A DNA stretch of 64,000 nucleotides from Octopus vulgaris (lineage: Eukaryota), in the NCBI GenBank assembly GCA_951406725.2, contig OX597819.1, positions 9,858,001 through 9,922,000 on the forward strand. The letters run 5' to 3'. Position numbers and translations under genes: made by a program. Below the pieces are notes generated by a model. It saw only the letters and a list, made by a program, of their open reading frames with translations. It did no database searches and was not told where the DNA came from. Shown piece after piece: positions 1 to 11,299 of the stretch; within the stretch, counting starts at the first letter, position 1, and each line of letters starts with the position of its first letter.

Positions 1-511
1 ACAATTTTGTTTTCAATTTTGTTTACAATAATGTTTTCTTTTGACACATTCTACCAGTATACGAAGTTTCAAATTGCTTAGTTAACTAGAAAATTCCATC
101 CATCAAAAGGAAAAGATCCGAAAAAGGTTTTTAAAAAAGATCCCATGTATCTTGGTAAGAGAAACAAATTCATACATGGGATCTTTTTTAAAACCTTTTT
201 TTTATTACTAAAAGTTATGAGGGAAAAAATCGAATCTTGTAAATTTTCCAAAAGTCCTCCCCCAACACCCTGTTCGTTAGCGCAAACTTTTGTTTTTATA
301 TTCATTTAATACATATTTTTCAGTAAACTTTTACCATTTTTTTACACCTATCACACTTATTTTTTTTTTTGACTGGGAGTTAAAGTAAACTCCCCACCCC
401 CTGGTTTGTAGGTGCAAATTTTGGTTTTCATACTCATTTAACACACATTTTTTTTACACCTATTACACTTTTTTTTTCTTGTTTTGGTAACTAGGAGTTA
501 AAGTAAATACT

Positions 512-897
512 GGATGGAAGCACTCCGTCGGTTACGACGATGAGGGTTCCGGTTGATCCGAATCAACGGAACAGCCTGCTCGTGAAATTAACGTGTAAGT
601 GGCTGAGCACTCCACAGACACGTGTACCCTTAACGTAGTTCTCGGGGATATTCAGCGTGACACAGAGAGTGACAAGGCCGGCCCTTTGAAATACAGGTAC
701 AACAGAAACAGGAAGTAAGAGTGAGAGAAAGTTGTGGTGAAAGAGTACGGCAGGGATCACCACCATCCCCTGCCGGAGCCTCATGGAGCTTTAGGTGTTT
801 TCGCTCAATAAACACTCACAACGCCCGGTCTGGGAATCGAAACCGCGATCCTATGATCACGAGTCCGCTGCCCTAACCACTGGGCCATTGCGCCTCC
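512..897 (-). mobile_element. SINE family A (tRNA-Arg-like head, about 385 bp), full length
   Basis: Head GGAGGCGCAATGGCCCAGTGGTTAGG (A box) ... GGTTTCGATTCC (B box), TCCA tail and 12-bp TSD aaagtaaatact (500-511 / 898-909). Resembles the tRNA-derived octopus SINEs of Ohshima and Okada; exact family name unverified. Confidence 0.9.
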
Positions 898-911
898 AAA
901 GTAAATACTAA

Positions 912-1149
912 CCCGTTTGTGGAAGAGGTGAAGAAAAAATGATGGAGGCGTTAAAAGGTATCACTTCACAAGAGTCTAAGGACTGCTTAGAACGGTGGAA
1001 AACACCTCTGGACTAATTTACCAATGAGTTCAGGATATGCATTACTTCAAACGGAGAATACTTTGATGGTGATAAAAGTGTAAACATGTAAAACTAAGTG
1101 GAAAAAATAATATTGCAAAATGTCAGTTTCTTTTGGGTGGCCCCTCGTA
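912..1149 (+). mobile_element. Mariner fossil: transposase C-terminus and right TIR
   Basis: 'VEEVKKK..EALKGITSQE.KDCLERWK...CITSNGEYFDGDK', ending ttttgggtggcccctcg|TA. Confidence 0.75.
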
Positions 1150-1159
1150 TCTTCCCCAT

Positions 1160-1386
1160 TTAACCCTTTAGTATTTAAACCAGCCCTATCCGGCCAAAAT
1201 ATTTAATCTGTTTTATGTTCAAACTGACCAGATCCAGGCTCTCACACCTACCCTACAATGTTATTCTACATTAAGTAATTACACCATCAACATCTTGAAG
1301 ATATGAGATAATGCATGACTAATTCAAATCAATGGGAATCAATAAGTATTATGTTTGATAGAATAATCTGAACAAGAAAGGGTTAA
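1160..1386. mobile_element. piggyBac-like MITE, family P1
   Basis: TTAA-CCCTTT ... AAAGGG-TTAA termini. Confidence 0.8.
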
Positions 1387-1470
1387 ATGTAAAATGATTA
1401 AACTTATGTCAAATGAATCCGTTTGTGAATCTACAGGTAATTCTATATAACCACACAAAAAGTTTGAATC

Positions 1471-2130
1471 GTTACCTTTTGACCGACAGATTTAAAAAAT
1501 AATTTTTTGTAACTAAACACTTTGAAACTTCGGACACTGGTAGAATGCGTCATATAAAACATCTTTTACTCTTAGCGTTTTTGAGAAAAGCTTATATTTA
1601 GGAAGTTATTTCACGTTAAAGTTATCGTATTTCGGTAATTTCAACCAATCAATGACGTGTATTCAGCTGAATAAAACTACTGCCGTTGTTTGTCAACAAC
1701 TATCAGCTGTGTATATTTTGTCTGCCACTGTTATTTATGACATCGTTCGTGTGTTTGTACTGGTTTTAGCTTTAAGGTTAAGGTTAGGGTTTTAGGGCTA
1801 GGGTTAGGTTTTTAGGGTTAGGGTTACGGTTTTAGGGTTAGGGTGTTAGGATAAGGATTTTAGGGTTAGGATTTTAGGGTTTGGGTTAGGGTTTTAGAGT
1901 TAGGATTTTAGGGTTAGGGTTAAGGTTTTAGGGTTAGGGTTAGCATTAGGGTTTTAGGGTTAGGGTTGTCATAAATAACAGTGACAAACGAAATATACAC
2001 CACCGGAAATTCTTGTTGACAAACAACAGCAGTAATTTTATTCAGCTGAATATACGTCATTGATTGGTTGAAATTACCGAAATAGGACTACTTTAACGTG
2101 AAATTACTTCCAAAATATAAGCTTTTCTCA
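1471..2130. mobile_element. Foldback element with about 160-bp inverted repeats enclosing degenerate (TTAGGG)n
   Basis: 1582-1742 is the reverse complement of 1967-2130. Telomere-like repeats span about 1765-1968. Confidence 0.8.
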
Positions 2131-2649
2131 TCACCATTGTTTTAATGTGCATACTTTTCCATGCTTGCATGGGTCAATGATATTTGTTGAGGCAGATTTT
2201 CTACAGCTAGATGCCCTTACTGTCACCAGCCTTTATCTGCTTTCATAACCAGACATGGAAGATTGGAAATGTTTTCATGGAAGAGTGGAAATGAAGGACA
2301 AAGCTTACATGAGGATGACACTCATTTACAACAATCATGCAATGTTAAAGCAAGGAGGCAGCAACTCACACACAATATAAAAATTCAAATTTACATATCC
2401 TTATAATTAAATCTTAGATTTTATAAATTTTAAACCTATCAAGTATCAACGTGTTAGATATTAAATATCGATTTCTTTTACGCTTTACCAAGGTTGACTG
2501 TCTCCAGGTGCAATAAAAATAAATACTAGTTGTATTACACTATAATCAACTGTTCCTTCCACATAGATATCTCTTGTGATTAGGAAGTCAAGCAACTGAG
2601 TCTAACCACACTCATGCAAAATGGAGAAATAAACAGCAATAAAAATAAC

Positions 2650-3047
2650 TATGGCTGTGTGGTAAGTAGCTTGCTAACCAACCACATGGTTCCGGGTTCA
2701 GTCCCACTGTGTGGCATCTTGGGCAAGTGTCTTCTGCTATAGCCCCGGGCCGACCAATGCCTTGTGAGTGGATTTGGTAGACGGAAACTGAAAGAAGCCT
2801 GTCGTATATATGTATATATATATATGTATGTGTGTGTGTTTGTGTGTCTGTGTTTGTCCCCCTAGCATTGCTTGACAACCAATGCTGGTGTGTTTACGTC
2901 CCCGTCACTTAGCGGTTCGGCAAAAGAGACAGATAGAATAAGTACTGGGCTTACAAAGAATAAGTCCCGGGGTCGATTTGCTCGACTAAAGGCGGTGCTC
3001 CAGCATGGCCGCAGTCAAATGACTGAAACAAGTAAAAGAGAAAGAGA
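2650..3047 (+). mobile_element. SINE family B (tRNA-like head, internal (TA)n/(TG)n, 3' stem-loop, AAAAGAG tail)
   Basis: TGGCTGTGTGGTAAG (A box) ... GGTTCAGTCCC (B box), then cttgggcaagtgtcttc, and a 3' end ggcggtgctccagcatggccgcagtcaaatgactgaaac. Many copies in the window. Confidence 0.88.
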
Positions 3048-3399
3048 ATCAATTTAATAAGTGGTTGTTTACATAACAGTTATAAAGGCTTAGTGGAACA
3101 AACTGCTGCTACAAATTGCAACCTTCACCTCATTTACCAAAGTGAGAACCTTAGCAGCAAAGTCAAGTGGATCACACAACTACTAACCAAGAGGCTGAGT
3201 GCTTGTATCCTGTTTTATCACCAACATCGTGTTGTGTCTGTAACCAAGAAACTTAACAATCAATGGTGAAGTAATCTCTGAATAGACACTGCAGTGTAGT
3301 AACTATTTATTTTTATTTCATAAACACAATTTGTGAACAACAGTATCATTGGCTACATGTACCACATGGGCAGTCACTGGTTCAATGTATTTCTGAGGA

Positions 3400-3805
3400 T
3401 GAGAGTAACAAGAGAGCATCTATTTTTTGTTGGCACAAGAGACTAGGCAAAGCAAGTCCCCTGGGAAGTTCATGGTGGTCTCCTTTTTTGACAGCAAGAA
3501 CATCATCTACATCCACTAGTTTCCCTCTGACTAAACGGTCAACAAAGAATACTTTAGGAGTGGTTTCATGAAGAGATTTTGACACAAATGGTCAGAGCCC
3601 TTCCACTTGTGTCAGTGGTACCTGCACCAGGACAGTGTACCCGTCTACAATTGACAGAGATGGGCATCAAAACTGTCACTCACCCTCCCTACAATCCAGC
3701 CCTTGTTCCCTGTGACTGTTGGTTGTTACTCAAGCTGAAGGAGACCCTGAGAGGCAGTCATTTTGAAGACATTGAGAAGATGAAAGAAACTGTGACCAGG
3801 ACAAT
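3400..3805 (+). pseudogene. Mariner transposase fragment
   Basis: 'KFMVVSFFDSKNII' and 'HPPYNPALVPCDCWLLLKLKETLRG..FEDIE', a degenerate YSPDLAPCD motif. Confidence 0.82.
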
Positions 3806-3951
3806 GTACCCATCTAATGACCCAAGGGACTTCATTCATAATGCAATGTTTTTGGGGTTTTTTTTATCAATTTTCTCACCAATGTTTACATTCCTTACCA
3901 AAATGCACAGATGTACACAAGCATATTCTATATTCGTATGTGTAATCATCT

Positions 3952-4289
3952 GTTATAGCCAAAAGATAGCAAAAAAAATGCATTAAAAATGGGAAAAAAA
4001 TTATGGTAATTTTTTTTTTAAATCGTTGACTCATCGTAGACATTTTTAGAGAGTTACTTCCCTTATATAATAGCGAAAAAAATTCATTAAAAATGGGAAA
4101 AAATGATGGTAATTTTTTTTTAAATCGTAGACTCATCGTAGACATTCGCTAATACCCAGAAGGGCTTGATATGAATCACGACTATAAGATACCCAGTTTT
4201 GGTTAAACTGCACCACAAAATGTGGGAGTAGTTAGGAATCTAAATCGTAGGAGACAGACAGCACACAACCTCACTTTTATATATAAAGA
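3952..4289 (-). mobile_element. Helitron H1, 3'-truncated
   Basis: Reverse complement of H1 with the TC start; lacks the CTAG end. Confidence 0.8.
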
Positions 4290-4464
4290 TTACTGCCCTC
4301 CTAGATGAGATGGAGGATAACATCATACTCATATGTTCCATTTCTGGCATGGTTTCAATAGCTGGATTTCCTTCCTAACACCAACCATTTTACTGGTTGC
4401 ACCCAGTAATACATATATGAGCTTCTTTCTACCATATTTTACTTCCAAGGTAATGGACAACCCA

Positions 4465-4693
4465 GCGGCGAGCTGGCAGAAATGTTAGCACACCGGGCGA
4501 AATGCTTGGCGGTATTTCGTCTGCATTACGTTGTGAGTTCAAATTCCGCCGAGGTCGACTTTGCCTTTCATCCTTTCAGGGTCGATAAATTAAGTACCAG
4601 TTACGCACTGGGGTCGATGTAATCGACTTAATACCTATGTCTGTCCTTGTTTGTCCCCTCTATGTTTAGTCCCTTGTGGGTAATAAAGAAATA
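4465..4693 (+). mobile_element. SINE family C (about 230 bp)
   Basis: gagctggcagaaa.gttag (A-like box), GAGTTCAAATTCC (B box), central gcctttcatcctttc.gggtcgataaa (resembles the MetaSINE/MESC-type domain; assignment unverified), tail AATAAAGAAATA. TSD ggtaatggacaaccca. Confidence 0.88.
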
Positions 4694-5310
4694 GGTAATG
4701 GACAACCCAAGGTTATGGTAGATGACACATGCTGGAAGAGCTGCACATTGGGATTGAACTTGAAATCCTATGGTTGCAAAGCAATCTTACTAACCATACA
4801 ACAATACCTATATCCAGCAGCAGCACTTTGCAGTTAACTAGTGCTTCATTGGTATAGAGTGCTAAGTCTAATTACTTCTGCAAGAAAAATTCCTGGGAAT
4901 GAATATCTCAGAGCAGATTTATCCCACATCTTAATACTACAGATATCAGATAAACATCTTCCTTACAGACTCGTGTAATTCAGAAAGGATTGGCAAAGCT
5001 TATATCGAAATGGTCTTCAAATCTGGATATTTTAGATTAGTTGTGCATGACTAGTGGATAGATCTGAGAGAGAAAAATCTGTGTAACTGTAAATATTTAG
5101 GATGGAAAGTCTGCTTCTTTTTTTGTTTTTGATGTTATATAAAAACATGGACTAGTTTGACCTTTAGCATTTAAATCAGCCATATCCAGTCAAAATATTC
5201 CACATTCTCAACAAAATCACACAACCTTGTAAAATGCTTTGTCTTATCAGCCTAAGATTATTATAGTTCTCAAGTGATTCCAACATCAGCTATCTCTCTC
5301 TCTCTCTCTC

Positions 5311-5861
5311 TGGGCTTATGTTGAACACCTGCTGTCGCATTCGAGAAGAGTACAACTTTCGAGCGAATCTGTAATGAAGATAGTTCTGCCGACCTCCCAG
5401 AATAGGGAGGAGTGAGCCTGTTTTCTCTCAGTAGTTGCTATGGCAAAAGAAGTAGTGTGGAAGACGAGAGTAAAAAGAATTGCAACAGGCATGTTCATCT
5501 CCATTCTCGAGCTAATCGACTTTTTCATTTTCCACATGAAACGGAAAATAAGGCTGGAGAAGAAATGCCTGTCGCAAAGTGTGTTTCATAAAAGATGGAA
5601 GTCTATAGCAAGTATGTTGCGAGTGAAAGAACCTGTTTAATCAAGAATGTGAAAAAGGAGAAAGCAAAGTCTTCAGTGTGAGTCTGTGGTTTGTGGGGTC
5701 AACCGCGTCCTCCGCTTCATTTTTTGTTAATCACTCATTCTCATTTAATTGTATATATTTTAATTGTTTGTTTATTCATACGTTTTGTCTCATTCGATAC
5801 CCTGACCCCAACGTTTGTTTTGTCCCCTCTTTTTCTCAACCTTATGGTGAATAAAGAAATA
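5311..5861 (+). mobile_element. Tx1/L1-group LINE 3' fragment (ORF2 C-terminus and 3'UTR) in a (TC)n tract
   Basis: Reads W.YVEHLL...VAMAKEVVWKTR...IRLEKK..S.SVFHKRW, like the Tx1 post-zinc-finger region. Ends AATAAAGAAATA with (TC)n on both sides. Confidence 0.65.
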
Positions 5862-6323
5862 CTCTCTCTCTGTGAATTCTAGCCTAACTCATTATTCTAA
5901 CCTTTTCATACTCTAGTGTTTCAATGGAACCCCTCTTGGAGACATTTCTTAATAATATTGTAAAAATATCTTATTTTAGATACAGCACAGCCTACCAAGT
6001 TGTTGTTGTGATTTAGTACATGGTCAGTTTCAATCGATAAGACCCATAACCAGGAACATTCCAGTCAGGGCTATACCATCTTTTTGCATAACAAAGATTT
6101 GTGTCAAATGTATCCTTCTATATTTAAGATAGTAGAGAGTGATTTGAAAGAAATTTTGCTGCTATTTCTAGCAGGTTGGACGACCATATACCAGCTACCT
6201 CAACCAACCTAGCTACTCAAACTCCTTAGTATTATGTGACACTGGAACTTCTCAAACTGTATTCTAGTTCTGTAGGTAAACTGATGGTCTTGGAGATATT
6301 TATTTGTTGATTTATCAATCATT

Positions 6324-6847
6324 CACAAGAGATGACACAGGTGGTAGTTTCCCATATATTTGCATTTTGGTTGGATGGCGCTTCCACAAGAGATTTTGAG
6401 CTCTCATAAGGAGGCAAGTGTAGGTTCCATCCAACTGCCTCTCAAGCTTCTTTGATAACGTCCAGGTTTCTGAGCCATATAGTAGAATTGGTTCGACTGT
6501 GGCTTTGAAGATTTCAAGTTTGAAGTCTCTACTTAGATTTGGAAGCGCCATCCAACCAATATGCAAATATATGGGAAACTACCACCTGTGTCATCTCTTG
6601 TGAAAGGTAGGAGAGTCCAGTTTGCTGGACATTGTTGTAGAGCTGAAAAAGAAGTAATTTCTACTCTTCTCCTCTGGAAGCCATCTACTCACAATACCAG
6701 AGGGCTCACACTCTCCTACCCCGATGTAATCTCCAGGGATACAGGCATCCAGCAACAGGACCTCCGTAATGCCATGATGAACCGTGAAGTCTGGCGTAGC
6801 ATGGTAAATTCCATTGTCTCGACCACAGTCAAACAATGATGATGATG
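6324..6847. mobile_element. RTE-type LINE 3' fragment with 5' inversion
   Basis: Minus part encodes '..PILLYGSETWTL..' and plus part encodes '..RRVQFAGHC..NREVWRSMV..*', followed by a (TGA)n tail. TSD atcaatcatt at 6314-6323 and 6848-6857. Confidence 0.88.
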
Positions 6848-7312
6848 ATCAATCATTGGATTGTTAAAATTAAAGAGAAAGATTTTGGATTTTGGTGAGA
6901 CACCAAGGTGTAGTGGACTTGTAGATTGCCAAGGCTTATTTTATTAGGAAGTGAAAACCAATATTGAATCAAAGAGAGAAGCTGGATGCATGAAAATATA
7001 TTTTCAATCTCACAGAATAGAGGCATGTGTTCCATGTTCCCAACTCTCATCTCAGTTGTCATTAACATAACAAGTCAGTTATGGGGGATGTAAACACACC
7101 AGTACCGGTTGTCAAAACTGTGGTGGGAGAAAAATACACACACACACACATATGTATATCTATGACAGGCTTCTTTCAGTTTCCGACTACCAAATTCATT
7201 CACAAGGCTTTTGGTGAACATGAAGCTAGAGTAAAAGACACTTGCCCAAGGTGCCACACATGGACAATGGACATTAAATGATGTGTTGGTGTATTCTCAA
7301 GCAGCATGTTTA

Positions 7313-7694
7313 TGGAAGCACTCCGTCGGTTACGACGACGAGGGTTCCGGTTGATCCGATCAACGGAACAGCCTGCTCGTGAAATTAACGTGTAAGTGGC
7401 TGAGCACTCCACAGACACGTGTACCCTTAACGTAGTTCTCGGGGATATTCAGCGTGACACAGAGAGTGACAAGGCCGGCCCTTTGAAATACAGGTACAAC
7501 AGAAACAGGAAGTAAGAGTGAGAGAAAGTTGTGGTGAAAGAGTACAGCAGGGATCACCACCATCCCTGCCAGAGCATCGTGGAGCTTTAGGTGTTTTCAC
7601 TCAATAAACACTCACAACGCCTGGTCTGGGAATCGAAACCGCGATCCTACAACCGCGAGTCCGCTGCCCTAACCACTGGGCCATTGCGCCTCCA
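7313..7694 (-). mobile_element. SINE family A copy
   Basis: Near-identical to 512-897; flanked by an imperfect ctcaagcatgtttat duplication. Confidence 0.9.
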
Positions 7695-7893
7695 CTCAAG
7701 CATGTTTATACTATGTAAGTAAAAAAGTAATGCAGTTGTGTTAAGTGATAAAATCCACTTGAAAAGAAACAAATGATTGAATATGGTACAAGAACACGAA
7801 TAACTGCTGACGTAAAGAACTTTGTTACTAAGATATTCAGTTTATATTTTAAATTGTAAATTTCTAAAACTTGTCTGATAATAATATTTATGT

Positions 7894-8275
7894 CAGGTCA
7901 CTTTTGAGTGCTACTGGTAACATGTAACCCAGTACAACCTGTTGCATGGTCGGGCCGTCGGCGACTAAACCGGCAACCCCACCAAGCTTGCTTGGTGAGG
8001 AGGGTGTTTATTGGACACCCTGCGGGATGAAAAACAAAACCCGTCAAAGAGCGGAGGAACTCTTGAGAGTCAACGGCAATCCAATAAATGTCAAAAGGCT
8101 GTATCATGCGCGGGCGCATAGAAATAATCGGATTGAATACCCGATCACGCAGTTAAACCATTGGGAGTGAAGGACTCCTAGCCTTTGTTAGGGCATCCTT
8201 CTAGGAGAAGGTAACTCAGGTAACTGGGATAACTCCAACATAAAACCTGCGACTCAGTGGTTACCGATGATGTTG
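7894..8275 (+). mobile_element. Non-autonomous RTE-related element (RTE 5'-end-like motifs, short GAT tail)
   Basis: GC-rich structured island containing ...ggcaacccc... and agggcatccttctaggagaaggtaactc (resembles RTE 5'UTR motifs), ending in cgatgatg. Boundaries uncertain. Confidence 0.5.
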
Positions 8276-8443
8276 ACTTGTTCTTCTTTTCAGATTATGG
8301 CTGCTGTTGCTTAGTGAGTGGGATTGACTCAGTGCACAGCCTTTCCTCACTTTAAAAAAAAATCTTCTTGCACAGGCATTGCACGATAACAACATTGATT
8401 AAGCTTCGTGCAATGGCCATACTCGATAACGAGGGGGCAGCCA

Positions 8444-8511
<68 letters not shown>

Positions 8512-8513
<2 letters not shown>

Positions 8514-8880
8514 TCTTTTATTTTTTTCCTTGTTTCAGTCATTTTGACTGCGACCATGCTGGAGCACTGCCTTTAATCGAGCAAATCGACCCCGAGACTT
8601 ATTCTATCGGTCTCTTTTACCGAACCGCTAAGTGACGGGGACGTAAACACACCAGCATCAGTTGTCAAGCAATGCTAGGGGGACAAACACAGACACACAA
8701 ACACACATACATATATACGACAGGCTTCTTTCAGTTTCCGTCTACCAAATCCACTCACAAGGCATTGGTCGGCCCGGGGCTATAGCAGAAGACACTTGCC
8801 CAAGATGCCACGCAGTGGGACTGAACCCGGAACCATGTGGTTGGTTAGCAAGCTACTTACCACACAGCCACTCCTACGCC
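8512..8880 (-). mobile_element. SINE family B copy
   Basis: Reverse complement of family B, embedded in (TA)n. Confidence 0.85.
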
Positions 8881-8904
8881 TATGTATATATGTATATATA
8901 TATA

Positions 8905-8959
<55 letters not shown>

Positions 8960-9573
8960 TCATCATCATTTAATGTCCATTGTCCATGCTGGCATGGGTT
9001 GGATGGTTTGATTGGGCTGACCTTCCAGTGGGGGCTGCAACAGACTCCATTCTGCCGTTGGCATAGTTTTCTATGGCTTGATGACCTTCCTAACACCAAT
9101 ATATATATCACTGTCGTCATCATCATTTTAATAGCTGGTTTTTTTTCCAAGCTTGCATAAATCAAATTAGAAGTCGTTGAGGTAGATTTTCTATGACCAG
9201 CTGCTCTTCTCGTCACCAACCATCACCTATTTTCAAGTCAGGTAATATTTCTCCTAGGTCAGTCATACATTCATGGGAAATTGCAAACAAACAGCACACA
9301 TTTTGTAACTGATGATTGTTTAGAATTAGCTCATGGTGTCAAGATAAGTAGAGAGAAACACACATACATACAACAAGCTTCTTTTCAGTTTCCACTTACC
9401 TAATTTACTCATAAGGCTTTGGTCAACACAGGGTTATAGCAAATGATACTTGCCCAAGGTGCAAATTTAAAGCCGTGGGACTAGGAAGTTAACTTTATAG
9501 CCACACATAATGTGTATGTGTGTATCTCTCAGCTTACATTCTACCACTTCACTTAGATTCACCTCACTGTACC

Positions 9574-9795
9574 TATTTCTTTACTACCCACAAGGGGCTA
9601 AACACAGAGAGGAGACAAACAAGGATAGACAAACGGATTAAGTCGAGTATATCGACCTCGGTGCGTAACTGGTACTTATTTAATCGACCCCGAAAGGATG
9701 GAAAGCAAAGTCGACCTTGGCGGAATTTGAACTCAGAATGCAGCGGCAGACGAAATACCCACTAAGCAGTTCGCCCGGCGTGCTAACGTTTCTAC
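9574..9795 (-). mobile_element. SINE family C copy
   Basis: TSD cacctcactgtacc (9560-9573 / 9796-9809). Confidence 0.85.
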
Positions 9796-10048
9796 CACCT
9801 CACTGTACCTTGAAGGTATGCCCTGACATATTGTCACCACTATCTTCTCTCTCTCTCTCCAACTGGAGTAACCATGTATCTCTTGTACAATAAAATACTC
9901 TGTCCTGTCCCTCTGTTATGCCAAATCAGACGGTAGAGCTCGACATAGTCCTCTGGCTTTCCAGCTACTGTCGGACCATCCAACCCTTGCTAGAATGGAA
10001 ATTAGACACTAAACGATGATGACAATGATATTGATGATCATGATCATG

Positions 10049-10476
10049 ACGTCTGGCAACTGACTTGGCAGACACCCATAAAATTATTAACCATCTTACA
10101 AACAATAACACTGAGCACCTTTTCAAACTCCACCCGTCTAACACCCATGGACATATTTACAAAGTCAGAAAACAGCACAGCTCCCATGACTTCAGGAAAC
10201 ATTTTTTCACGCTGAGAGTTGCTGAAGCATGGAACAAACTGCCGGCATCAGTTGTTAGTTGTCGGAGCACTGCATCCTTCAAAACTTCCATGCTTTCTGA
10301 GATTCGCCAACACTACACCTGATTTTCTACCCTCCATACACACACAGGCATGTATCTGACTCATACATTGTTCGCTTTCCAGACATTTTTACATTACCGC
10401 ATATACTTTATACGCACTTTCTGACAAGTTGTGGTGCACCTGAGCACTGTATACAAAAATTTCATTATATTATATA
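10049..10476 (+). mobile_element. CR1/L2-group LINE 3' end
   Basis: ORF '..NTHGHIYKV..RKHFFTLRVAEAWNKLP..FK' is a typical CR1-group ORF2 C-terminus, followed by a short 3'UTR and an ATT-type tail. Confidence 0.85.
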
Positions 10477-10879
10477 TATGATGATACATACATACACACA
10501 CTTTAAAAGGTGCACCAAAAGGCATGACATATCACCAAAAGGTTTGGGCACAGAAAAAGTTATCCACATTCCATCCCTGTACTTAATGTGTAGAAGTATG
10601 CACACACATACATGTATACAAGCACGTGGGCTGTTGTCACAGTAAAACAGCAACTTAAGATACTATCTAACATACATACACAACTAAAACCCTGAGATAT
10701 TGCCATACAGGTAAAGTCAGCATGAATAACAGCAAATTTTCCAAGTTGATTGTGCAAGTCAGCAAAGCATAGTAAACATTCACTTAAAACTCCATCCACT
10801 CATTCACAGTGTGTTCACATCGGAAGAACATAATCACATGTGTCTAAAATCATTATAGTGGGTGTTGTAATCCACGAAA

Positions 10880-11247
10880 TCTTTATATATAAAAGTGAGG
10901 TTGTGTGCTGTCTGTCTCCTACGATTTAGATTCCTAACTACTCCCACATTTTGCGGTGCAGTTTAACCAAAAGTGGGTATCTTAGAGTCGTGATTCATAT
11001 CGAGCCCTTCTGGGTATTAGCGCGCGTCTACAATGAGTCTACGATTTTAAAAATAATTTACCATCATTTTTCGCTATTATATAAGGGAAGTAACTCTCTA
11101 AAAATGTCTATGATGAGTCAACAATTAAAAAAAAAATTTACCATAATTTTTTTCCATTTTTAATGCATTTTTTTGCTATAACTCTCTAAAAATGCTTATA
11201 TAGTTATTTCCCTTACAAACCCGAGCAACGCCAGGCGATACTGCTAG
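10880..11247 (+). mobile_element. Non-autonomous Helitron, family H1
   Basis: A|TC start, subterminal hairpin cccgagcaacgcc.gg, CTAG|T end, no TSD. Confidence 0.88.
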
Positions 11248-11299
11248 TAGCCAATAATCAGACAATCTGATGTATTAGATTATCTGAATATTATGTGCC

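Noticed and set aside
820-897. tRNA-Arg gene (also at the other family A heads)
   Set aside because: The tRNA-like head continues into a 300-bp shared body with a tail and TSDs, so it is a SINE.
1765-1968. True telomere or chromosome fusion site
   Set aside because: Short, degenerate, single orientation and enclosed by transposon-like inverted repeats.
2612-2878. Recurrent small ORFs 'MSSNARGTNTDT..' and 'MVVIPAVLFHH..' as a multigene family
   Set aside because: They are incidental ORFs inside SINE B and SINE A copies.
10560-10850. Possible coding exon in unique sequence
   Set aside because: No recognisable protein similarity and no convincing pair of splice sites.
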